From Coprothermobacterota bacterium (GTDB taxonomy: Bacteria; Coprothermobacterota; HKB111), in NCBI GenBank assembly GCA_037440465.1, contig JBBIUB010000015.1, positions 1 through 31,989 on the forward strand: a stretch of 31,989 nt of DNA. Direction: 5' to 3'. Below are positions 25,151-31,989 of the stretch, piece by piece. Each line of letters starts with the position of its first letter. Position 1 is the stretch's first letter. The position numbers were made by a program, and so were the translations under genes. The notes below the pieces were generated by a model. That model made no database searches. It was given only the letters and a program-made list of their open reading frames with translations, and was not told the origin of the DNA.

Positions 25151-26347
25151 ATGAGGAAGTTGGTTATAATAACGCTGATTGTTTTTATCCTGTCCTGTGT
25201 GTTAAGTCCTTTACAGGCTTCTACATTTGTGCCTGCATCCAAAGCCCTGTGTACAATCATAATCTTCAAAGTAGGTAACTCAATTGTTCTTATAAATGGT
25301 AAAGAACAGTCCTTAGAAATTCCACCAGTAATAATAGCTGGAAGAACATTAGTTCCTCTCAGGTTTATAGGCGAAGCTCTGGGAGCGGAGGTATTCTGGG
25401 AACCTGCTGATAAGAAAATCACTCTTGTTTCAGATGGAAAGATAATTGTTCTGTGGTTAGACAAAAATATTGCCTTCATAGATAATGTCAGATTTGATCT
25501 GGATACTCCTCCCATACTTGTAGATGGAAGGACTCTTGTTCCTTTGAGATTTGTGGCTTCTTCCCTGGGAGCTGAAGTTATCTGGATGCCTGAAGCAAAG
25601 GTTATAGAAATACGCCAAGATGCTAAGGGTAAGGTGATGGGAGAAATTCTGACTGGTGGGGTAGATTTAGCTAAAAGAGAACTTTATCTTCTGAAGGATA
25701 AGGTATTTGTCAGGGCTATTGGGTTAGATTCGGCTATTATAGAAGGAAAAGCTGAAAGATTGGAGGACATCCCTCTTAAAATTCCAGCAGTATTCTGGGG
25801 AGTGATAGAAGAAGAAGCCATAAAAATAAGACGGTTAATTGTAGGAGTGAAGAATATGCCTCCTGTAAAGGAGGAAATAATTGAGGGCACTGTTCTCAAT
25901 ATAGATTTAAAAGATTCTTCTATAAGGATTGTTAAAAGATCCAAAGAAGAGGCACATATCAGGGTGCATAATAGAACAGAGATTCTTCTTGAAGGAAAAA
26001 GAGTCACTCTTTCTGATATTAAGAGAGGTTTTGAAGTAAAAATAGAAGCTCATCTTGAGCCTGGCAGGACACTGGCTCTCTTAATAAAAGCTACCAGAGC
26101 TCCCATTTCCATCTCCGGGATAATTAAAAACATCGTACCTGGTGAAATTCTTTTGGAAGTAGATGGTTCTCTCTTGAAAGTTAAGATAAACACTCAAACT
26201 GAGATTGTTTTTGAAGGTAATAAAAGAAGCCTATCCTGGTTGTTACTTCTCAAAAAATCTTTATTAAACAGAATAGCTGATGTTTATGGTTATTATGACA
26301 ACAAAGGCTTTTTAGCTACTTTCCTAAAAATTGGACCTAAAAGATAA
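25151..26347 (+). CDS. Secreted protein with copper amine oxidase N-terminal-like (stalk) domain and DUF5666-like beta repeats
   Basis: Signal peptide, then two PPxIxxGRTLVPLRF(I/V)xxxLGAEVxW repeats. The C-terminal repeats (EGTVLNID..TEILLEG..LSDIKRG..V) resemble DUF5666. GAGG RBS. Confidence 0.75.
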   Translation: MRKLVIITLIVFILSCVLSPLQASTFVPASKALCTIIIFKVGNSIVLINGKEQSLEIPPVIIAGRTLVPLRFIGEALGAEVFWEPADKKITLVSDGKIIVLWLDKNIAFIDNVRFDLDTPPILVDGRTLVPLRFVASSLGAEVIWMPEAKVIEIRQDAKGKVMGEILTGGVDLAKRELYLLKDKVFVRAIGLDSAIIEGKAERLEDIPLKIPAVFWGVIEEEAIKIRRLIVGVKNMPPVKEEIIEGTVLNIDLKDSSIRIVKRSKEEAHIRVHNRTEILLEGKRVTLSDIKRGFEVKIEAHLEPGRTLALLIKATRAPISISGIIKNIVPGEILLEVDGSLLKVKINTQTEIVFEGNKRSLSWLLLLKKSLLNRIADVYGYYDNKGFLATFLKIGPKR

Positions 26348-26382
26348 ATAATGTAAAGACATAAATTTTCAAGGACTCCTTT

Positions 26383-26391
26383 TGCTATAAT
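26383..26391 (+). promoter_or_regulatory. Extended -10 promoter for the MFS gene
   Basis: TGCTATAAT, followed by an AGGAGG RBS (26408-26413) and a TTG start. Confidence 0.6.
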
Positions 26392-26418
26392 AAAATATAC
26401 AGGCAAAAGGAGGATTTC

Positions 26419-27636
26419 TTGCGGAATTTTCTTAAAATAGCACCTTCTCTGGGGATTGGCTTTTTAGCTATATCTCTTTTATGGGTCGTCTATAACTCCT
26501 ATATTCCTCTTATGTTGAAAGCTTTTGGGATTTCTTCATTTCTTGTTGGTTTAATAATGACTCTTGATAACTTTCTGGCAATAAGCTGGGGACCACTGGT
26601 AGGCTCTCTAAGTGACCGTACATCAACTTCCTTAGGGAAAAGACTGCCTTACTTGATAGTCGCTCTTCCCCTAACAGCTATATTATTTGCCACTATTCCA
26701 TATTTTTCTTCTAAAAGTATTTTCGTTTTTACTTTGCTTTTATTCTTTCTCAACATATGTATAACCACAACCAGAACACCAGTCATAGCGCTGGTGCCAG
26801 ACCTTATACCTCCTGAAGATAGGAGTAAAGTAATAGGTTTTACAAACTTTATGGGGGGAATAGGAGCAATGATAGGGTTCTTAATCTTTCCTGTATTATA
26901 TGGCTTAAGAAAGGATTTACCCTTTCTCTTGACCTCCCTGGTTGTTGTTTTTGCTGGGGTGGTTATAGTCGTAGGCATTAAGGAAAAACCCCAAATTATA
27001 ATAAGGAAGGATGAACAATCTTTCTTGCTGGATACTTATATTTTCTTAAGGGATGTTCTAAATCTTACCAATAGACAATTGTCTTACCTATTCCTGTCAA
27101 TATTTACATACTTCCTGGGTTTCAATGCCATTGAAACATTCTTTACTTCCTATGGCAGGTTTGAATTAGGGCTGGAAGCACACGAAGCAGCCTTACTTTT
27201 GGGAATGTTTGCTGTCTCATTTTTTCTTTTTTCTATTCCTGCTGGTTTTTTTGGCTCTTATGTAGGAAATAAAAAGGCTATGCTTATCGGGTTAACTCTT
27301 CTAAGCGTTAATATGTTATTTTTATATGTTTTGACCTTGATGAAGCTTGAGACTGATAAATTATTGATTTTGTTAAAGGTTTTACTTATCTTGGGAGGTG
27401 TTTTCTGGTCTTTGGTCAATGTCAATGCCTTTCCTCTGGTGGTTAGCCTGGTATCATCTCAAAAGGTTGGTTTAACAGCTGGCTATTACTACTTTTTTAG
27501 CATGTTTGCAGCGATCATTTCCCCTCCTTTAACCGGCTTGATTATAGATTTAACCTCACATTCAATAATTTTTCTATGGGCATCCCTAACAATACTTGGA
27601 GGACTTCTGATTCTCTTAAAAGTTCAGACTGATTAA
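26419..27636 (+). CDS. MFS transporter (GPH/sugar-permease-like)
   Basis: About 12 hydrophobic helices, motif A GSLSDRTSTSLGKRLPY and ALVPDLIPPEDRS. Confidence 0.9.
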   Translation: MRNFLKIAPSLGIGFLAISLLWVVYNSYIPLMLKAFGISSFLVGLIMTLDNFLAISWGPLVGSLSDRTSTSLGKRLPYLIVALPLTAILFATIPYFSSKSIFVFTLLLFFLNICITTTRTPVIALVPDLIPPEDRSKVIGFTNFMGGIGAMIGFLIFPVLYGLRKDLPFLLTSLVVVFAGVVIVVGIKEKPQIIIRKDEQSFLLDTYIFLRDVLNLTNRQLSYLFLSIFTYFLGFNAIETFFTSYGRFELGLEAHEAALLLGMFAVSFFLFSIPAGFFGSYVGNKKAMLIGLTLLSVNMLFLYVLTLMKLETDKLLILLKVLLILGGVFWSLVNVNAFPLVVSLVSSQKVGLTAGYYYFFSMFAAIISPPLTGLIIDLTSHSIIFLWASLTILGGLLILLKVQTD

Positions 27637-27653
27637 GGAGTGTCAGGAGCCAA

Positions 27654-27694
27654 AACCCCCCCCACCTCAATCCTCCCCCGCAAGGGAGGAGGAA
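27654..27694 (+). repeat. Palindromic intergenic repeat between convergent genes
   Basis: A C-tract then ACCTCAATCCTCCCCCGCAAGGGAGGAGGAA. Perfect 7-bp stem TCCTCCC (27671-27677) with GGGAGGA (27684-27690). Confidence 0.7.
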
Positions 27695-27779
27695 AAAAGT
27701 AGTTAAATAATTTAAAGCTTAAGGGAATTAAATATTTCCCTCAATAATCTAATCCACTAGGAATTGTCTTAACAGAAAA

Positions 27780-28958
27780 TTATTTACAAAACTCTATGGC
27801 AATGTTTGAGTAAATATTTACGTAGTCAATCAAGTCTTTTACAGGGACCTTTTCATCTTTTGTATGAGCATAACTTATGCTTCCTGGACCCAGGATTACT
27901 GTGGGAATATTAGCATAATTTGAGAGTAAAGCAGCGTCCGTCCAACCATGTTTAATTGTAATTTCAGGTTCTTTGTTTAATTGTTTTATTAAAGAATTTT
28001 TAACAACTTGCACAATGTATTCATCAGGTTTGGTGAAGTGATAAAGATGATCCAGAGTTAGCATATTGTCTGGAATTCTAAATATTTCTACTTCAAATTC
28101 AGGATCCTCCGCTTTAAGTCTATTAATTATGTCCTGATACTCTTTGATAACACTAGCAACGCTTTCTCCAGGAATATATCTTCTATCAATTTTTATAGAA
28201 CAGTAGTCGGCAACAGTGCTTGGTTGGGTTCCTCCTTCAATTTTTCCAAAATTCATTACTGAAGGTCCCATATATTCATTAAATCTGATGTTAAGTTTTG
28301 GGAATATTTCTTCTTCTATGGCATTTATCAATTTTGCTGCTTTAGAAATAGCATTTATTCCTTCTTTAGGTGCTCCTCCATGAGCGGCCTTACCTTTAAT
28401 TTTGAATTCTAACCATTCCAGACCTCTATGACCTATGGCGTAATCATAATTTGTAGGTTCACCAACTATGGCTCCATCAGCTTTTATCCCTGATTCAATT
28501 AGGGCTTCTGTACCTTCGCTTTTTTCCTCCTCTCCAATAACGCCAGTAAAAATGATATCCCCAGATAGTTCTATCCTTGATTTTTTTATATTTATCATAG
28601 CTGTTAACATAGATGCTATAGCACCTTTCATATCACTGCCACCTCTTCCCCAGAGAAAACCATCACTGATTTCTCCAGAAAATGGTTCTATGGTCATATT
28701 GTATGGCGGTATAGTATCTGTATGTCCGTTAAAAAGTAAGGATTTTCCCGTACTCTTTCCTCGTAAATAAGCATAGACATTTTTTCTTTCTCCATCTACC
28801 TTGACTAAATCTGCTTCCAAACCATTTTCCAAACAATATTCATAAATATATTCAGCAACCTCTTTTTCTCTGTTGATAATATCTTTATGGCTGGGAATCC
28901 TCACCAGATTTTGAGTTAAGGTTAATACTTCTTCTTCAGCAAAATATAATTTTTCCAA
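27780..28958 (-). CDS. M20 family metallopeptidase/deacylase (ArgE/DapE-like)
   Basis: NGHTD, GRGGSDMKG, GEEE, VGEPT, GKAAHG and AHTKDE. TTG start with a GGAGGTG RBS. Confidence 0.92.
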   Translation of the reverse strand: MEKLYFAEEEVLTLTQNLVRIPSHKDIINREKEVAEYIYEYCLENGLEADLVKVDGERKNVYAYLRGKSTGKSLLFNGHTDTIPPYNMTIEPFSGEISDGFLWGRGGSDMKGAIASMLTAMINIKKSRIELSGDIIFTGVIGEEEKSEGTEALIESGIKADGAIVGEPTNYDYAIGHRGLEWLEFKIKGKAAHGGAPKEGINAISKAAKLINAIEEEIFPKLNIRFNEYMGPSVMNFGKIEGGTQPSTVADYCSIKIDRRYIPGESVASVIKEYQDIINRLKAEDPEFEVEIFRIPDNMLTLDHLYHFTKPDEYIVQVVKNSLIKQLNKEPEITIKHGWTDAALLSNYANIPTVILGPGSISYAHTKDEKVPVKDLIDYVNIYSNIAIEFCK

Positions 28959-29033
28959 TTCCTACACCTCCGTTAATAATAATAAAATACCATAAAATAT
29001 TTTTCAAATTTTGTTAAGGATTGTATTTTTTTG

Positions 29034-29042
29034 TGCTAACAT
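29034..29042 (+). promoter_or_regulatory. Putative extended -10 promoter for the YfcC-family gene
   Basis: TGCTAACAT upstream of an AAGGAGGT RBS. Confidence 0.4.
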
Positions 29043-29076
29043 AAATTAACCAAATTTAAAAAAGGAGGTAGTAATT

Positions 29077-30468
29077 ATGAGTGGCAAGACGGGGTTTAAG
29101 TTACCACATGCGTGGGTATTGCTTTTTTCCATCGTTCTTGTAGCTGCACTCCTTACTTATATAGTTCCAGCAGGGGAATACGACCGTAAATTTGACGAAA
29201 CTGTCAAACGTACCCTGGTTGTTCCCAACACTTACAAACATGTGGACCCCTCTCCAATAAAGCCTTTTGATTTTTTTGTGGCTATTCAGAGGGGTTTCAT
29301 TGACGCTGCGGATGTAATATTCTTCATATTTATTGTTTTCTCTGCTTTTTTCATGGTTTTAAAGACCGGGGCTCTGGCAGGCTTTCTTGGCATGTTAATT
29401 AAGAAGCTCGAAGGGCGGGAGAGCATTATGATTCCTGTCTTTATGATCATTTTCGCTATTGGTGGGGCTAGTTTTGGTATGTTTGAGGAGACCTATGGCT
29501 TCATTCCTGTTTTTGTGGGGTTGGCAATAGCAGTTGGCTACGATGCTATAGTAGGAATGGCTATGGTGTGCCTGGGGGTAGGCGTAGGTTTTGCTGCCGC
29601 TCCTTTAAATCCCTTCACTGTAGGTGTAGCACACAAAATCTCAGAGCTGAAGATATTCTCGGGTCTGGAATACAGGGTAGTCTGGCTCGCAATATTTTTG
29701 CTTGTCTCTATCCTGTGGACTGTAAGATATGCCAACATGGTTAAGAAAAATCCTGAGAAGAGCTTTGTAGCCGATGTAGATTTTGGTGTCTTCAAAATGG
29801 ATAAGGGTGAGCTTTTAAGGGCTCCGTTCAGTTTGAACCACAAAATCATAATGCTGGTGGTGGTTACTACCATCGTCCTTCTGATTTACGGAACTATAAA
29901 ATTTGGATGGTACATCAATGAACTGGCAGGACTCTTCCTCATTATGGGTATCCTGTGTGGCCTTATAGGTGGGTTCAGCCCCAGTAAGGTGGCGGAATCA
30001 TTTGTGGAAGGTTGCTCTCAGGTGGCTTATGGTGCCCTGGTAGTTGGTATAGCCAGGTCTATCCTGGTTGTTATGAGGGATGGGAAGATTATTGATACTG
30101 TTATAAATGCTTTAGCTACGCTCCTGGGAGGTCTTCCTGCCTACCTGTCAGCCTCAGGTATGGTTGTTGTTCAGACGCTTATTGACTTCTTTATCCCATC
30201 CGGTTCCGGTCAAGCAATGGCAGTTATGCCCATCATGTCTCCGCTTTCTGACCTAATTGGAGTGAGTAGGCAGGTTGCTGTCATGGCTTACCAGTTTGGG
30301 GATGGCTTCACCAACCTTCTCTGGCCTACTGCAGGTATTGTAGTTATGACCGGCATTGCTAAGATTCCTCTGGAGAAATGGTGGCGTTTTTATGTGCCTC
30401 TTTTCTTGATTCTTACGGTTCTCTCATTTGTGGCAGTAACTGTTGGAGTTGCCATAGGCTGGCAGTAA
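29077..30468 (+). CDS. YfcC-family (DcuC/ion transporter superfamily) membrane transporter
   Basis: LPHAWVLLF..LTYIVPAGEYDR, GMFEE, NPFTVGVA, FFIPSGSGQA and AYQFGDG. Confidence 0.9.
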   Translation: MSGKTGFKLPHAWVLLFSIVLVAALLTYIVPAGEYDRKFDETVKRTLVVPNTYKHVDPSPIKPFDFFVAIQRGFIDAADVIFFIFIVFSAFFMVLKTGALAGFLGMLIKKLEGRESIMIPVFMIIFAIGGASFGMFEETYGFIPVFVGLAIAVGYDAIVGMAMVCLGVGVGFAAAPLNPFTVGVAHKISELKIFSGLEYRVVWLAIFLLVSILWTVRYANMVKKNPEKSFVADVDFGVFKMDKGELLRAPFSLNHKIIMLVVVTTIVLLIYGTIKFGWYINELAGLFLIMGILCGLIGGFSPSKVAESFVEGCSQVAYGALVVGIARSILVVMRDGKIIDTVINALATLLGGLPAYLSASGMVVVQTLIDFFIPSGSGQAMAVMPIMSPLSDLIGVSRQVAVMAYQFGDGFTNLLWPTAGIVVMTGIAKIPLEKWWRFYVPLFLILTVLSFVAVTVGVAIGWQ

Positions 30469-30489
30469 AGTAAAATCGTTTTTTTTGGT

Positions 30490-30540
30490 AATTGCTATGG
30501 GGGCAGGTTGAGGAATATGGGGCTTGCCCCCGCAATTTTT
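30490..30540 (+). terminator. GC-rich hairpin with short T-tract between transporter and deacylase
   Basis: AATTGC..GGGGGCAGG (30490-30507) pairs with CTTGCCCCCGCAATT (30523-30537), and a T run extends to 30540. Confidence 0.45.
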
Positions 30541-30552
30541 GAGGAGGTAAAA

Positions 30553-31908
30553 TTGGATCTGGTTATTAGAGGAGGGAGGGTCATAGACCCCCTTACTGAC
30601 CTTGATGAAGTATTAAATATCGGGATAGAAAATGATAAGATTTCAGTTTTAACAAGAGAAGAGTTGAGAGCAAATCGCACACTGGACGCCTCTGGTTTGG
30701 TAGTCTCCCCGGGATTTATTGACATGCATACCCACGATGAAGAGAGGGACGATTCTTCCACTCAGGAGTGTTTGCTTCGACAGGGAGTTACTACCATTTT
30801 ATCGGGGAACTGCGGTTCAGGAAAAACAGGATTCACAGAAGAAAAAGAGTTGAGATCAAAATTGGGTACATATGTTAATTTTATGGGCCTCATCGGGCAT
30901 ATGGTTTTAAGGGAAACGGTAGGTATAAATGATAGATACAGACCTGCTGATGAGAGAGAGAACGAACAGATGGAAGTATTATTGCGTATGAACCTCAAGG
31001 CAGGGGCAAAAGGCGTTTCTTTTGGTCTTGAGTACTGTCCTGGCACCAGCCAGGTAGAGATAATCAGGCTTTTAATGGTTTTAAAGGAATTTAAGGATAG
31101 TCTGGCTTCTGCTCATGTGAGATATGATGGCCCGAAGGTCTTAAAAGCTCTCAGCGAAATGTTAAAGGCAGCCAGAACTACAGGGGTTCCTTTACAAGTT
31201 TCTCATCTTGGTAGCATGGCATCTTTTGGGATAATGGGTGAAGCTCTCAAGACTCTGGAAGAAGCCTCAAAGGAAGGAGTAGATGTTAAAGCAGATTGTT
31301 ATCCCTATTCTGCCTTTGCCACTCACCTGGGCACAGCAGTATTTGACCCTGGCTTTGAAGAGCGGTGGGGAAAGGGCCTGGAAGCACTGGAGATTGCTTC
31401 CGGTTCTCATAAAGGTGAGGCATTTACAGAAAAACTGTTCCATCATCTAAGGGCTGAAGAGCCTGAAACAATAGTTATTGCTCATGTTATGAGAGAAGAT
31501 GAAGTCTGGAGATGTCTACAACACCCGTTAGTTATGCTTGGAAGTGATGCAGGCTTTCACCATGGAGAAGGACACCCTCGTGGAGCAGGTGCATTTCCCA
31601 GAGTCATCAGGATAATGGTGAGAGAAAAAAGGATTATTAAATTAAGAGAGATGCTTATAAAAATGACCTGTCAACCTGCTGAAAGATTGAAAATAATTGA
31701 ATCAAGAGGGAGGATTGCTCCAGGAATGTTTGCTGATTTGGTAGTTTTTAACCCTGATACTATTAAAGATGAAGCAACTTTTAAGGAACCAACACTACCT
31801 CCATCAGGAATAAAGTGGGTAGTAATTAATGGGAAAGTAGTAGTTGAAGACGGAAAATTAACAGGTGTTAAAGCTGGGAGGCATATAATTACCTACGGTG
31901 GGAAATAA
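30553..31908 (+). CDS. N-acyl-D-amino-acid deacylase family amidohydrolase (D-aminoacylase)
   Basis: PGFIDMHTH, SGNCG (Cys ligand), AHVR, VSHLG, GSD, HPRGAGAFPR and GMFADLVVF. Start is taken at TTG 30553, behind GAGGAGG (30541-30547). Confidence 0.9.
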   Translation: MDLVIRGGRVIDPLTDLDEVLNIGIENDKISVLTREELRANRTLDASGLVVSPGFIDMHTHDEERDDSSTQECLLRQGVTTILSGNCGSGKTGFTEEKELRSKLGTYVNFMGLIGHMVLRETVGINDRYRPADERENEQMEVLLRMNLKAGAKGVSFGLEYCPGTSQVEIIRLLMVLKEFKDSLASAHVRYDGPKVLKALSEMLKAARTTGVPLQVSHLGSMASFGIMGEALKTLEEASKEGVDVKADCYPYSAFATHLGTAVFDPGFEERWGKGLEALEIASGSHKGEAFTEKLFHHLRAEEPETIVIAHVMREDEVWRCLQHPLVMLGSDAGFHHGEGHPRGAGAFPRVIRIMVREKRIIKLREMLIKMTCQPAERLKIIESRGRIAPGMFADLVVFNPDTIKDEATFKEPTLPPSGIKWVVINGKVVVEDGKLTGVKAGRHIITYGGK

Positions 31909-31958
31909 AATAAGAAAAGTGTAGTTTATAGTAATTTTGGGGTAAAATAATAACTGCT

Positions 31959-31989
31959 ATGCCTACCTATGAATATATATGTAGAAAAT
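31959..31989 (+). CDS. FmdB-family zinc-ribbon protein, 5' fragment truncated by the window edge
   Basis: Hand translation gives MPTYEYICRK, and the next codon begins with T. This fits the MPxYEYxCxxC signature. Confidence 0.7.
   Translation, partial: MPTYEYICRK

Noticed and set aside
27671..27698. Hairpin as an intrinsic terminator
   Set aside because: Neither strand has a U-tract 3' of the stem. It is better explained as a repeat copy.
30508..30552. Longer start for the D-aminoacylase
   Set aside because: It falls in the hairpin. The strong SD supports TTG 30553.
523..31046. Numerous 60-133 aa ORFs antisense or out of frame to the main genes
   Set aside because: They are shadow ORFs nested in well-supported genes, with no motifs or RBS.

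Overview
This is the replication-origin region of an AT-rich bacterium. The lineage cannot be fixed from sequence alone, although SLH and copper-amine-oxidase-N surface proteins suggest a Terrabacteria-type envelope. The left arm (minus strand) runs dnaA, oriC, dnaN, a secreted beta-propeller/SLH protein, gatC-gatA-gatB, dnaE, an AtoS-like kinase and an AtoC/NtrC-like sigma54 activator. The right arm (plus strand) runs rpmH-rnpA-yidD-yidC-jag-mnmE-mnmG-gltX-recF-DUF721/DciA. Beyond it lie lpdA, a surface protein, an MFS transporter, an M20 peptidase / YfcC transporter / D-aminoacylase module and the start of an FmdB-type zinc-ribbon gene. The strongest signal is the dnaA-dnaN spacer. It has no canonical TTATCCACA box but five exact TTATTAACA nonamers plus a DnaA-trio-like tract, and DnaA carries substitutions at box-reading positions (DHTT->NHAT, P->I). 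This points to a co-evolved variant initiator/origin pair. Other signals are a rearranged origin neighbourhood and several small palindromic or tandem repeat families. One repeat is nested, lies inside the gatA frame and supplies the gatB ribosome-binding site. There is also a likely leaderless gltX and a candidate ECF-sigma promoter. No rRNA, tRNA, CRISPR array, transposase or intein was seen.
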